Shown: positions 32,576 through 47,900, counted from the first letter of the stretch. The stretch is DNA of 64,000 nt from Eledone cirrhosa (GCA_964016885.1 OZ024752.1:28334001-28398000), one strand, 5' to 3'. Notes: generated by a model not told the origin, from the sequence alone. A program made the numbers and translations.

Positions 32576-33720
32576 CATTCCCCTGCTGTCACCATACATT
32601 CCCACCATCTCAGGGTTTACCGAACTATCTATTTAAATATTAATACACGCATCCTCTATACTATTTCTTCACTTCCCTGCAAGCCATCACTTCGTTCAAC
32701 AAGAATATAAACACGCCTATATTTCATTTTTATTCGAATGTTTTAACTCACATTAAATTGTTTTGTCATCCATCGTTCTTTGTCTGTTATTTTTATTTCA
32801 TTTCTTTGATGGATTGACAGTATCGGTAGAGAGTCAGCCGCCATGCTTTGACGCATAGAGTTATGACCCTTGCCATTCTGAGTTCAAATCCCGCCGAGGT
32901 TAACTTTGCCTTTCCTCCTTACGGAGTCGATAAAATAAAGTACCAGTAATGCACTGGGTAATTGCTGGCCTTATGCCAAAAGTAGAAACAATTATTTCTT
33001 TGTCATCTTTCATATTAAACCAGGTTCATGTGATTCTTTAAAGGGACATACAATTGTTTGGAATAAAATGTATGTGCTAGCTTATAAGTCATATATCATA
33101 GAGGATGCTTGTGTGTATATGTTTATGGGTGCGCATACACGTACGTGTGCGTATGTGTTCATGTATGTGTATATATATATAACGAAGGAGATGTGGTAAG
33201 GAACCAGATGAACCATAACGCACCAGAGTACTCAATACTTAGGGTAGTAGAGTGGGTAATAGGAAAAAGTTTAACACCGACGGCAGAGATCAACCTGTTT
33301 CGACGGCTATTTCTGGACTCAGAGAATCGATGGCTCTGAGAATCGATGAAACTGAATCTGAAAATGTTTACTGAAAACGGAGAATACAAAACAGTAATAA
33401 AATTGAGAAGAGCTCCAAAATCAGGAGCAGATAATCTGGATGTTCTAGGGGAGACAATCTGACCGGGAAAATGCGAACAAACGCTAATTTAGCTAGTAAT
33501 TATGAGGCAACTAGAAAATAATGGATCGAATGGAAAAGATATAAATCAATATTAAGGAGGTTAGTTCTTTAAAAGGTAATTAGAAACATGAGAACATCAC
33601 AGGAAGAAGTCTGTACGGGTGTTAAGTGGTTTCTTGTTGTAGAGATCATTCAATATCCACTATTATATATATTTATTCGTCATTGATACAGGCATAGGTG
33701 CATTCCATGTGTGTGTGTAT

Positions 33721-33810
<90 letters not shown>

Positions 33811-35573
33811 TTGAGTAAGTTTATGTGCACACGCTTGATGCGATATCACTTTACATAACTAATCGCGCTTATTTTCAAGGAAAAGATCCTGCCTGTGCAT
33901 TAAGTTTTGTTTAGTTTTTTTACATTTAATAATTCCACGGGTATTTACTTTAGATTAATAGGTATGCTGGTAGGTATATTTTCATGGAGGTACTGGACTC
34001 GTACGTAGTTAACTGGTGGTCAATTCGCTAGTTATCAGTTCAGAATTAATTACGCAGATATATGTAGATACATTAGGGTTCAAATATTTATTGCATTGAG
34101 AATTTACAATCTAGAGATAATTTTGCGATGTGTTAAAAATATAATAATATTAAATTTCTAATATTATTTTAATAGAGAATGTTGAGGAGAAAAGAATGGA
34201 ATGATTGATTGATAAAAAGGTAAGTAGGTACGTCGATATGTAGTTAATAAAAAATAAAAGTAGGATGGCTTAGATTGGTAGAGAGGTGGATAGTTTGCTC
34301 AAAGGAAATATGTTCCTATTTTAGAATTCGGAACTGGGGAATAGAAAATAGGTACAGTTTTGAATTAAGAATGTTTAAGTATCAGCTTTGCCTTCGATCC
34401 TTCTGCGAACCAAAGAAGATACATATCAGTTAAATAATCAGTCGATTCTATCGATTGTGGAAGCTACACACACATAGAACAAATTGTTTGGTTTAGTCCA
34501 ATTGTTAGATATCGATATTTAATGGTCCAGCTATTGCCAAAATCATCTGATCTGCCATAATGATAAAATCATTATTATCGTCAGAAACAAATTTATATTC
34601 ACAATTCGTTAAGTCTATATGATGAATATCTTAAGCGCACGTATTACTGCTTTTAAACTGAATAAGGGGGAATAGCAATTACAGTTTATTTTAATTCCCA
34701 TTCAGTCTGATTAGATTGATGTGGTTAACGCTTAACTGAAATTTATGTAGATTAATGTCTGTAGGGAAAGCATACATAATGAAAGGTGTTACTTGAATGT
34801 TTCTGTTCTGTGAAAAAGAAATTCTTCACGGGGGATAATAGAGACTTTGAATTGTGTGGATGATGAGAGCGGGAATATGGCGAGGCGTGTATAGCGTTGG
34901 AATATAATTTGTAAATTCAGTGGAGCATAAGACGTTGCAGTCAACGTAGAAATACATAATGAGATCTCAACAAGTCTTTAGGCTAGTATTTGAAAGATGT
35001 AAATGAAAGAAATATATTACGATCGTCAAGAACAGTTATAGATTTTATTAAAGCAGTGTTGGAAACATTATAGATATCTGGTCTATGACAAGAGTGCAAG
35101 TCCTTAAGATTTATAAGGTTGGTGGAGAGTTTCGATGTGAGGTTAGGTTAGGTTCTCAAGTAATGAAGGTGTATGTTATATGTATTTCCTTCATATAAGC
35201 ATTAGATTGCTCTAGATTGTTATGACGATTATCAAACATCGGTAGAGGGTCGGACGTCATGCTTTGACGCATAGAGTTACGGCCCTTGCCATTCTGAGTT
35301 CAAATCCCGCCGAGGTTAACTTTGCCTTTCATCCTTACGGGGTCGATAAAATAAAGTACCAGTAATGTACTGGGTAATTGCTGGCCTTGTGCCAAAAAGT
35401 AGAAACAATTATTTGCTTATTTAATTATGAATAATTTGTTTTATTTATCAGGTAACATTATCACGTAGAGGAGTGTAAAACTAAAAGGTAGGGCGCTCGT
35501 AACTCCTTCTGGAATATCAGGAGCCACATATCGTCCCGACGGAGTACACCGCATTACACAGCAGATTCCTTCC

Positions 35574-35619
<46 letters not shown>

Positions 35620-36089
35620 AATTGTTTCTACTTATGGCACAAGGCCAGTAATTATCCAGTGCATTACTGGTACTTTATTTTATAGACTCCGTAAGGATGA
35701 AAGGCAAAGTTACCCTCGGCGGGATTTGAACTCAGACCATAAAGAGCCGTAACTCTTTGCTGTAAAGCATGGCGTCCGACCCTCTACCGATACTGCCAAT
35801 CGAGAGGATATATGTATCGTAGGAGAGGAGGTAAGAGAGGAGGAAAGAGAGAGAGAGAGATAGAGGGGTGTGATATTGTATACTTAATGCCGATAGCCGA
35901 AGCGAAGTGGGCTCGATGCTTGGTTTAGCAGTGTTAAATATTAAAGATGTGTTAATATTTAATGAAGGGTTCAAGCAGAGCAAGTATAAGCAAAATGAGG
36001 AGTTACAAGTGGTTAGAACAAAAATGTTTGTTCTAACGACTTGCAACTCCTACATTTATTCATTTTGCTTTTATATATATGTATATATA

Positions 36090-36370
36090 TCAGAGAAAAA
36101 AGGGAATCAGTGTTGCGATGAAAGGAATTTATTGGACATATTACAATTGTTTCTCGGGCGACCAGCTCGAGGTACGATCGATGTGGTGATCAAACCTGAC
36201 TCTGGCCTGATAGGAAAATCTGCTTCGTAGAACCGAGACGTATTCGAGAACGGCGCGATTTCAGAGTCAGGTTTGATCAGCACATCGATCGCACCTCGAG
36301 CTGGTCGCCCGAGAAACAATTGTAATATGTCCAAGAAATTTCTTTCGTCACAACACTGATTCTCTTTTTT
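36090..36370. repeat. Imperfect inverted repeat (~120-bp arms) with a hammerhead-like 3' half
   Basis: Arms about 36093-36204 and 36262-36370; ...tcgcccga GAAA caattg TA atatg... on each strand. Confidence 0.6.
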
Positions 36371-36482
36371 GGGGGGTGATATCATACTCTGCTCTACGAG
36401 GGCATCGAGTGTTCATACAGCCTACCGCATACTAACGCTTTAAGCATCCAACACCAATTATATATATATATATATAACTCCT

Positions 36483-36568
<86 letters not shown>

Positions 36569-36692
36569 AGGAGTTACGATCGACAGATAGTATTAGCAAT
36601 TGGGAAGACCTATGGAAACATTGTTTCCTCGGTCCGATTTGACAAGTTCCATCCCACTCGTTAAGTGAATGAAGTCGAGGATCTTGTCGATC

Positions 36693-36743
<51 letters not shown>

Positions 36744-37336
36744 CATACATACTTATATATATATATGGTGAGACAGGGATAGAGGAAGAACCAACATCAA
36801 TATAGTACTGGTACTTTATTTATCGACCTGGACATGGTGACAGGTAACAAACACATCATACGTTTATCTCACCTGCATTTATCACGTGATATACATTGAT
36901 ACGTTTTCTAATCCTTAGTATTGCAAATTCATCCCTAATGCCATTTAGGTTACATGCCTAAGAGAGAAAGCTATTTACTGTTCTATAACTGTTCTAGAAA
37001 TGGTAAGCCTATCTTAAATAAAATAATATGGTCCTAGTTAGACATATTAACCACAGAACTTAATTTGTTTGTAACATCCTAAGGCCTAGATTTTTTTACT
37101 ATGGTTGTTATTTGAAAGTGGATGTCAGAAGCATCCCAAATGTAATAAATCTGGAACTAGCTGTCGAAATTGCAAGAGCTCAGCTGTCGGGCCCGAATCT
37201 TTCTAATATATATATATATATATATATAAAACAACACAATATAATTATTCCATTTTATAGCTCTGTGCTATACATAGAGCAGTCTTCTTTCCTTTACTTT
37301 TTCTACGGAAACACATAAAGCACACACACAAACGCA

Positions 37337-37442
<106 letters not shown>

Positions 37443-37444
37443 TG

Positions 37445-38180
37445 TGTATGTGTGTATCTCTTTCTCTTAATTTTGAATACACTTTTGACCGGCCACCTTC
37501 CTGGTGGCAAGGTTGTAAAAGATAAGAAATTGTCATCTCTTGAATCGCAAGAATGTTTTGCAAATTTTGAATTTGACAGCTATCGCAGCCATTTATAGTC
37601 TATGAATTAGGGAACTGCGCTCTTTATCCACAAATCCTTTGGTCCAAGCGGATTGGTATATAACCTGTAGCTCCTATAATGATGGGTATGAAGCTGAAAG
37701 TGTATCTTGGATACTGGATCTGCAAACTCCTCATCAATGGCCCGTAGATATCCTCCTCATGTATTTTTCTTACAACATTGACATCAAGTAGGCAGCTGAT
37801 CTCTACAACAGAGCACGTTTTCAATGAGTGGTCCCAAACAACAATATCAGGACGGTTGTGCTTGAATTTGGTGGCAGTTTTTTTTTATTTTCAGGTTCCA
37901 CCAGTACTCTTTAGTGCCATCTAACTCAACAGATCCTCCTCATTTGTTTTTAATTTTATTTTCCTAAGTGCATTCCAGATGGTTCTAGCTATCGCATCGT
38001 GTCTCATGGGGAGGTAGTAACGAGATGACATTCTTTCACTGTTGGCAACAATGTGGCTAACATCTGCGATCTTTGTTTTGCAAAGCCTACATTTATTGTC
38101 AGCTGCTGGCCCTCCTCTTTTGTGCAGCAGATATTTGGTAGGGAGTTCTTGTTCCTGTATTGCATAGAGATATCCCTATC
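37445..38180 (-). mobile_element. 3' fragment of the RLE-type LINE at 53680-57135
   Basis: Near-identical to 56400-57130 (HNRPDIV, VVEISC, PIIIGATG); 5' end abuts (CATA)n. Confidence 0.85.
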
Positions 38181-38225
38181 CTGTATGTATGTATGTATGT
38201 ATGTATGTATGTATGTATGTATGTA

Positions 38226-39109
38226 TACTCTGGGGTCGGCGAGACATATGCAGGAGGACAAAGGTAAAGGTGTACAGGGCATGTGTACTCTCTTGTCTTC
38301 TTTATGCCTGCGAGACCTGGGTCACATATCGACGCCACCTTAAGCAATTGGAGCGTTTCCATCAGATGTGTCTCAGACGGATCCATGGCGTTCACTGGAG
38401 GGACCACATCAGTGATGTCGAGATTTTGGAAAGCTCTATGTGTGACAGTATAGAAGCTCTTGTGCTTAAGCAACGACTCCGTTGGAGTGGTCACCTTGCC
38501 AGGATGAAGGATTCTAGAATACCAAAACAACTCTTCTATGGAGAGTTGGTTAAAGGAAAACGACCGCCACATAAGCCAAAAAAGAGGTATAAGGATTCCT
38601 TGAAAGCCTCTCTGAAAGACGCTAACATCTCTGCTGATACATGGGAAAATATTGCTGCTGATCGTAATAAATGGAGAAAGACTGTATATGAGGGAAAAGT
38701 TACCTTTGAGGCATCTCGAATCGCACACGAGAAAGTAAAGCGGGACGTGAGGAAGGGCATTGCTGTTGCACTTCTAGACAGCGAGGGTCCTCCTATGGTT
38801 CTGACATGCAGCGTCTGTGCGAGACTCTGCCTAAGCAAAGCTGGACTCTAAAGTCATCTTCGCAGTCATAAAGTAAGACCAGTGGTTGACTACCAGGCTG
38901 CTGTTGGAGATGCTACTCATCATGCTTGCCAAACATGTGGTAGAGAATGTAAATCAGCAGGAGGGCTCAAGCGACATGCAAAAGTACACGAACTCCAACC
39001 ACAGCCGACTATTCCCAGTGAATGTTTTGGTTGCCGACTCTGTGCAAGACATTTTAGATCATTGGCTGGGCTAAAAAGCCACATTCGATCGCAGCACTGT
39101 TAGTTGCTA

Positions 39110-39161
<52 letters not shown>

Positions 39162-39240
39162 GCTTATGTGCGTGCGTGTGTGTGTATATATATATGAATA
39201 TGTATATTATTATTGTTGTTGTCGTTATTATTATTATTGC

Positions 39241-39277
<37 letters not shown>

Positions 39278-39345
39278 GTTATTAATGTATGTGTGTATAT
39301 ATGTGTGAGTGTATGTGTATGTATGTGTGTATGTATGTGTGTGTG

Positions 39346-39410
<65 letters not shown>

Positions 39411-39500
39411 CTTTTTTTTTATTTGTTTATTATTATTTTTTTTTTTTTTTTTTTCTTGTGCAATGGCCATACTCGATAACGACGGGGCAGCCATCATGTA
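38226..39500 (+). mobile_element. RTE-type LINE 3' portion with C-terminal C2H2 zinc fingers and (ATGT)n tail
   Basis: TKVKVYRACVLSCLLYACETW, LERFHQMCLRRI, RLRWSGHLARM..RIPKQLFYGEL; three CxxC...GLxxH...H fingers; 3' end ...ggcagccatc(atgt)n at about 39496. Confidence 0.85.
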
Positions 39501-40043
39501 TGTATGTATGTACGTACATATGTATGTTTGTATGTATGTTTGTATGTATGTTTGTATGTATGTTTGTATGTATGTTTGTATGTATGTATGTTTGTATGTA
39601 TGTCACTTATTTGCTCTTGCGAGAAATATTATTGCTATATACGTGCTAGGTATTCTGTTGGTTGTCGTTCTCTCGTTGGTCGAATCCAAACATGAATATC
39701 TTACAATGTTGATACTGCTTTACCATTTAAACCTCAATCCATATCTCATTACCCGGACATTGCTTCGTTATCTCTATTCTAGAAATGTATCCATTTTCAT
39801 TATACAATAGGATTTTATTCACTTTGTATTGAAGTTAAGACTTCTAATCGAGTATCTACTCTGTCTACTAGAGCAATTTCTTTCTTCGAATGTCTTTTTC
39901 GTAGAACTCTTTTCCTTTTTTGTTTTGTTTTGTGGTGGATAAACTCTTCCTTTAGATCTTCGTCTAATTTCAAGATCTTTATCTAATTTCAAGGACGGCA
40001 TTTAATTACATTTTCTTTCTCCACTTCCAAAAAAGCACTTAAT

Positions 40044-40109
<66 letters not shown>

Positions 40110-40844
40110 ATATGTATTATATATATATATATATCCACAGGCCCACGGACACACAGACACACAGACACACACATACATACATACACACACATATATAAAT
40201 ATATATACACACACACACGGGTAATCAGCCAAACTATCGCGTTACGTTATCTCACTCTTATGAGCTCAAATCACGCTAAGAGAAAATGTTATGTTATATA
40301 CCACCAAAGGTCAATGAAATGTCAATTTATCAAGCCAGCAACACTATCCTAATTACCATAAACTATTGGCTTTCTGCCTAGGGAAAATCATTAGACATAG
40401 TTTTCACTGAGTTGTCGATTGTCTCGGAAAATTTCCATTTCAATTACTATACAATGATTAATTATTCTGTCATTCTTCTCTGTCTGAGTCTTATTAGATT
40501 TTGATTCTCTTCCAGAGAATATTCTCTACGTCTTCTTCACTATCTTTATCATTCTTTCTATATTGTTACTACAAGTCTTATTGTTATATTTTATTACTGT
40601 GATTTTCTTGTTACTCCTGATGTTTTTCATTTAATGTTTAGGTTACGTTGCCTCTATTGATATTGATATTGTTATTCACGAAGTTAATGCCGTATCGTGA
40701 TTGATATTGTAGTTGTTGCAATTCCTGTTGAATGGTTCTGATTGATGCTGTACTAAAACTACAAATACAAGAATTCGTATTAGAACGAACATTGTATAAA
40801 TAATAATGTTTCCTTTCATGCAACCTGGTCATTGAGTATTTGTG

Positions 40845-40940
<96 letters not shown>

Positions 40941-40950
40941 TATATATATA

Positions 40951-41055
<105 letters not shown>

Positions 41056-41076
41056 GAAAGAGAGAGAGAGAGAGAA

Positions 41077-41144
<68 letters not shown>

Positions 41145-41498
41145 ATATATATATATCCGTGTGTGGTTGACGGCTGAGAGAAAAGTTCTCAATACCAAAG
41201 TAGAGTTTAAATACACATTTTATTAAGGTTATATAATGTGTATTGTTACTCCAGAGTAACAAGACTCACTACTATTTAGCCTTAATAAAATGAAGTATAT
41301 ATACATATATTTAGAGAGAGAGAAGGAACGAGAGAGAAAGATATAACATAGATATATGTATGTAATTATATATATAAAATATATACATATCATATATGCA
41401 TATATATAGATATGAATATATATCCCTATACATGTGCGTGTGTGTACATATGAATAGATAAATTTGCTTCCTACAAACTGATCGTATACATACATGTA

Positions 41499-41532
<34 letters not shown>

Positions 41533-42308
41533 ACAACATTGACTACAGATAGAATTAAAGCCAAACAAAAGCATATAGACGGACAAATAAGGGATAAGGG
41601 TCAGCTGAAATGTTTAAAGGCTGACCAAGATACTCTCTAGCATCACTACTTCATAGTCAGCCTATGAACGAATAAGCCCACCATTGTGTGTATGCAATTT
41701 ATCCTTTCTGTCAGAATATATACTGAACCACCTTCTAACAATACTATTAAATTTTATAAACTCCAGAAAGTATATATGAGTTTAACAAATTCTAAAATAA
41801 TACGTACGCATGGTCAGTCAATGGTCATGATAAATCATATTGTGATGTAGATATGTCTATTAAAATAGTTGAAAAGTTATAGAAAGCATCATAAATGTTA
41901 TAAATCAATCAACTGTATTTTATAAGAAATTTTTTATCTCGTTTGAAGTTAAGTTTCTTCTTAGAACGACGATAGAAAGCATGTCGTTAAAAGCAGTAAT
42001 CCGTGTGTTCCTTCTAGTTGTTTCTATTTAGATATAACATAGTTTCAATCGTGCGTGATCTCGTAGTCAAATTATTGATATATCTGTAATAAATCATTAT
42101 GTAAGGTTAAATATATACGATTTATAATTAACTAATTCATATATTTTATAGAATGTTTTGGCACAACTATTTGAATAAAGCTTTACGATGTAATTGTTCA
42201 CTCATTGTGTGTGTATATATAAATATAGATATATATAATATATATCCGAGACCCTCAGCAACTGATGAGGAAACTTCTCCCGTTCTTGCTTTCTTCTTAT
42301 TTTTAAGC

Positions 42309-42340
<32 letters not shown>

Positions 42341-42539
42341 CACCATTTGCCGATGGTAATCAACGGTAAATGTTGATAATTTTTGCTGTTTGAAATGGTT
42401 CCATATAGGCCTTGTTTAAATCTTGTTGGCAATGTAAGTATACTACTTACCATATCTCTACGTTTTGCAACTGAATCAGATTGTTCTCTACAAAATATTA
42501 GACACCACTTCCAACCGCATGTCAATCCTGTTCACGAAA

Positions 42540-43260
42540 AGTATGAACAGGAGAGGTGACAGCGCGCATCTTTGGCGGAGTCCGACTCCTACATTGAATT
42601 GTTTTGACTTCGCACTATTTATCTAAACAAGGGTGGTGGATTGGCAGTATCAGTAGAGGGTCGGACAACATGCTGTTCAGCATAGGGTTACGGCCCTTTA
42701 TGATCTGAGTTCAAATCCCACCGAGGTTAACTTTGCCTTTCCTCCTTACGGGGTCGACAAAATAAAGTACCAGTCACGCACTGGGTTCGATTTAATCGAC
42801 TTTCCATCTATCTAAATTGCTGGCCTTGTGCCTATATAAAAACCACTATTCATCCAAACAGAAATACTCGGGAATTCATATAGAGACCTAAGGGAAACAA
42901 GAAGCTACCTGTTGACCCCCACACGCCTAAAGAACCTTCTACAACAGGTTCCGTGGAATGCGGTCATATGCTTTTTCGAGGTCTACGAAACAAGCATAGA
43001 CCTCTTGCAACTACTCCCATCATTTCTCGAAGACCTGCCACAGTGTAAATATTTTGTTGGCTGCGTTGCGTCCGGGGTGAAAAGGACGCTGTTCTTCAGC
43101 TAGCTAAGACTCGACAATCTCCCTACATCTCTTTGCTAGGCACTTAGACTTTACCGGGTAGGCTTAGCAAGGAGATCCCTTTATAATTGGAGCAATCTCT
43201 CTTTTTGAAAATTGGGAATATCATTCGAGATTTCCATTGCTTAGGTGCCTTTCCAGAGAT
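42540..43260 (-). mobile_element. Degenerate LINE RT fragment interrupted by a SINE (about 42631-42850)
   Basis: GLRQRCALSPLLFILF and VDLEKAYDRIPR on the minus strand; target-site duplication ctatt(t/c)atc(t/c)aaaca flanks the SINE. Confidence 0.7.
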
Positions 43261-43430
43261 CGCTAATCCAAAGGTCCTTCTGAGGAACTCCATTTCAGCC
43301 GCTTGTGTTTGCGATGGTTTTGTGAATATAAGTATTTATCAATTGCTTCTATGAATTTAGAACTTAACACACTGAAAGTTACATTAGCCAACATGTATGT
43401 CCAAAGTTATCTTCGATCCTGTTATATATT

Positions 43431-43520
<90 letters not shown>

Positions 43521-43651
43521 GAATAGGTAAAGATTTTTTTCTTAACTTGTTTGCTTTTTCCATATATGATATTATTAGGCTCTGAGTCTGTTAATTTTAT
43601 TAACTATCTCATTGAAACAAACTCAGTATAAGTTGGACACCCTGTATGTAT

Positions 43652-43830
43652 GTATGGAACCCTGACTCCAGCCTGACTAGGAGTAGGAAGCTGTCATTCG
43701 CTGACGTTATCTCTAGGGATACGGGAATCAGCAGACAGGACCTGGGGGCAGCGATGGGGGACAGGGGATTCTGGGGCATAAGAGTGAGATCCATCATCTC
43801 GACAGTAGTCGACGAGTGATGATGTGATGT
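43652..43830 (+). mobile_element. RTE-like LINE extreme 3' end
   Basis: LSFADVISRDTGISRQDLGAAMGDRGFW then stop and a (GAT)n/(ATGT)n tail. Confidence 0.5.
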
Positions 43831-43879
43831 ATGTATCTATACTTGTATCTATATGCGTATAGATAGATATATATATCTT

Positions 43880-43911
<32 letters not shown>

Positions 43912-44099
43912 GTCTTTTTAAACTTTAAAAATAAAGAGAGAAACATATTTCATAATATAACTCTAGATATATTATGTTTTTCAGAAACACGAGATGGCAA
44001 CGGTCGTAACGACTTTAGGCAACATCAACAACAAATCATTCCCTGTATGATACTATAGTATATCACGTAACAAAATACATGAGATGATTTCTAATTATT

Positions 44100-44315
44100 A
44101 TTTGAACTTACTTACATATACGTTTATTTAAATTCATTAACATATACGTATATTTAAGTTTACTTACATATATACGTTTATTTAAATTCCCTTACACATA
44201 TACGTTTATTTAAATTTGCTTACACATATACGTTTATTTAAATTTACTTACATATTCGTTTATTTAAATTTACTAACATATAGATTTATTTAAATTTACT
44301 AACATATACGTTTAT
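44100..44315. repeat. ~28-bp AT-rich degenerate minisatellite, about 8 copies
   Basis: Recurrent tacttacatatacgtttatttaaatt. Confidence 0.8.
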
Positions 44316-44713
44316 GTATATATTTCAGATTCAATATGTTGGTACAGAAGTCTTGTCAAATCATTGCATAACTTTAATTCAGGTACACTGCTTGACAAAG
44401 AAATAACAGTAATAATAAATAACAACATAAAAACGAAATTAAAATCATGCATTCTTTTTTACAGGTTTTCTGTCTGTTGAGAACAATACGAAACGCCTGA
44501 TGACGAAACGTCTCGAGGTTGCTGTTAATTAAATTTTAACCACACAAGATGTGATTACTATAATCCATTCAAATGCATCTTCATTCCTAGTTATTCACTT
44601 TAGCTCGCTATTAAAGTGTGAATCAACGAATGAAGTAATCTCTTTGGAGCAGTTAATGAGATCCACAATAATTATTCTCAACCGGACTCATTATTTTACA
44701 ATTTTCTTGCCCA

Positions 44714-44746
44714 TATAAGTAAGCTCATCTGCAGGACATTTCAGTT
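44714..44746 (+). promoter_or_regulatory. Core promoter of S-crystallin 2: TATA-like box plus TCAGTT initiator
   Basis: TATAAG at 44714; TCAGTT at 44741-44746 (A is 29 nt downstream of the TATA T); AP-1-like GGACTCA at 44684-44690. Confidence 0.65.
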
Positions 44747-44846
44747 CGCTTATCAAGCATTACATCGTGATCACTTCAGATCTGTATAGCTCTGCTAGCT
44801 AAAGCGCACCACCTTTACTATCAACTTCAAACCTCAGCAGTAAAAC

Positions 44847-44979
44847 ATGCCTTCCTACACTCTCCACTACTTCAACCACCGTGGCCGTGCTGAAATATGC
44901 CGTATGATGTTTGCAGCTGCTGGTGTCCAGTACAATGACCGCAGGATCGAATCTTCAGAATGGGACAACATGAGAAACA
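44847..44979 (+). CDS. S-crystallin 2 exon 1
   Basis: AAACATG start; GTACGT donor at 44980. Confidence 0.95.
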
Positions 44980-47900
44980 GTACGTAAAACAACTTTTTTT
45001 ATATAATACTTGATTCTCCGATATTTATATCGATTTACCTTCATAGACAGATCAAATTGAACTGTTTCGGTGATTCATTCACCAAAGTTTTATCATAACT
45101 TGACTGACGAGAGAAAATAACTTGCTGTTTATCGTTAGTGTTTATTTACAGACGTGAAATAGACAAATATGTTCGGTTATATGAAAGAAATAATAATTTG
45201 TGACTGTACATTTACATATGCAAGTAATGATTAATCAGGTAAATTAGTTGACTGCGAAACAGAATTCGTAAAAAAACAGAGAAGCTAACAAAATATCGTT
45301 AATGGATGAAATGTTGTTTTGCTTTAGTAAGTTATTAAAGGGAGGCGGGGCAGTGCACATAAGCTTTGAAGTTCATCCTGTCTCGTGAGATATATACAAG
45401 GTTGAATTTTCGTTTAGATTTCTGTAAATCGAAGAATATTGTAATCACAAGAGTGAATATTTTTGGAATCTCATGGGCCATGGGCGAAGAATGGTAGGTG
45501 TACGGTGAGATATTGACAGTTACCAGAATAGACACGTGGGGTTATTGAGACTTGGTAAAGAGAATGTCTAATTAGATAGATGAGGGGAGTAGAGGGTCGT
45601 AGTAATAGCAAAAATTAACAGAGAAAGGACTGTGTGTCTACGAGCAGAAGTTTGGAAATAATTTAGAATGTCTGTGTAAGTAAACTTCTGAACGCCCTGA
45701 ATATATGAAATGTAAGCGTTTCAATTTAAAGTTGTATTGAGTCAGTTCTAAAGACAATACAGGCTTAGACATATACTTACATATGTCACTGTATTTATTT
45801 TCATATTTCCGCAGTTTCTATTAAATTTCGTAGTGTTTCTGTGAAGATTCCTATTTAATGTATACCTCAGCAACTCCATGCGCAATTTACTAGCTGCTTG
45901 AATTAACTACGGGCGAAATTACTAATAATTGTTTCTACTTTTTGGCACAAGGCCAGCAAATTACCCAGTACATTACTGGTACTTTATTTTATCGACCCCG
46001 AAAGGATGAAAGGCAAGGATTCGAAGTGAAGTTTTTAATGTGTTCATACTACCATATTTAGTGCTATCGTCAGCTGTGTTTGTCTGCGTGGGCTTAAATA
46101 TGTGTACACACTATCTGTGATATACTTCAATGGGTTAAATTGTGTTGATTTTATACATTTGTATCAAACGTGTAATCACTGAGTAAACATTTCATTGGCA
46201 GATTGTATGAAATTGATCATGAATCAGTTGTAGTAACTGTCATTGGAGTTTTCATTATTACTAATACGAAGGATAGAGGATTGGCAGAGTCATTAGAATG
46301 TCGAACAACATGCTTGGTAGCATAGAGTTACGGCCCTTTACGGTCTGGATTCAAATCCCGCCGAGGTTAACTTTGCCTTCCATCCTTACGGAGTTGATAA
46401 AATAAAGCAACAGTAACGTACTGGGGTCGATTTAATCGACTTTCCCCTTCCCCCTAAATTACTGGTCTTGTGCCTATACTAGAAATCATTATATCCCGCC
46501 GAGGTTAATTTTGCCTTTCATCCTTACGGGGTCGATAAAATAAAGTACCAGTAATGTACTGGCTAATTGCTGGCCTTGTGCCAATAGTAGAAACAATTAT
46601 TACTAATACGAAGTTCAAATCCCGCCGAGGTTTACTTTGCCTTTCATCCTTACGGGGTCGATAAAATAAAGTACCAGTAATGTACTGGCTAATTGCTGGC
46701 CTTGTGCCAATAGTAGAAACAATTATTACTAATACGAAGTTCAAATCCCGCCGAGGTTTACTTTGCCTTTCATCCTTACGGGGTTGATAAAATAAAGTAC
46801 CAGTAATGCACTGGGTAATTGCTGGCCTTGTGCTAAAAGTAGAAACAATTATTACTAATACGAAGGATAAAGGATTGGCAGAGTCATTAGAATGTCGAAC
46901 AACATTGCAGCATAGAGTTATAGCCCTTTACGCTCTGAGTCCAATTCCCACCGAGGTTAGCTTTGCCTTTCTTCATTACCTGGTCGATAAAATAATGTTT
47001 TCACCTTCCCCTAAAATTGTTGGTCTTGTGCCTAAATCAGAAACCATTATTACTAATACGATAAAATAAAGTACCAGTAATACACTGGGTATTTGCTGTC
47101 CTTGTGACAAAAGTAGAAACAATTATTACTAATACGATAAGAATAATGGATGTCTGAAAAGGTGACGTTTCTATTAAATACTTTCCTTTACATAACTTTG
47201 TTTATTTTCATCTAAAATTGACAATCACATGAGTACTACGGAGCTCTTTGTTGATAGTTGAAAGTATATCACTAGTTCTATGCCGAGTAGATTTGATACT
47301 AAGTAAATTCTGTCCGAGCTAGTTTAGTACATCATAATACATTGCGGGATATTTATTAGCAGTAGCACTAGTAGAACGATTCATAATCGGAGTGAATATG
47401 AAGACATGTACGATATGTATGTATAATAAAAACACAAGAGTCATGCTATGAATATTTTAAATCTAATCGTTATTATTATCTTTAGTTATTTGTGAGAAGA
47501 CTTTCCCTTCAATCAGTAATAAAGACTTTAACATGATGTTGATATTTGGAATCTCATATTATATCATTTTTCCTTGCAGAGATGCCATGCAACATGATGC
47601 CAATGCTGGAATTGGACAACAGGACCCAGATTCCTCAGAGTATGGCTATGGCTAGATATTTGGCCAGAGAATTTGGTAAGATAATTTGTTTTGCATGTTA
47701 TGTTTCCCTCTTGAACCATTGTTCACAATTTCTTTCAGGCTAGCATTCTGGCACTTAATAACCTGATGAAATTTAGTTCATGTACACTTGCAGATGACAT
47801 GTTAGAAATATCTATTAAATCTCCCTCAAATATCACCCTACTGTGTATAAAGGTGATAGAACCAGGTGAGAACATATGAGTTGAAGTCCAGTTAATGAGT

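Noticed and set aside
38882-39103. Host C2H2 zinc-finger gene
   Set aside because: It is contiguous with the RTE ORF C-terminus, interrupted by a stop, and followed by the element's tail.
42257-42290. Hammerhead-like agcaa CTGATGA gga...tcc cgttc ttgct
   Set aside because: GAAA is missing; at best a dead relic, so it was not counted.
44497-44516. CTGATGAcGAAAcgtc upstream of S-crystallin 2
   Set aside because: There is no stem II and no convincing stem I.
47760-47820. CTGATGA...GAAA in S-crystallin 2 intron 2
   Set aside because: Stems I and III do not pair; the downstream part belongs to a SINE-like tail.
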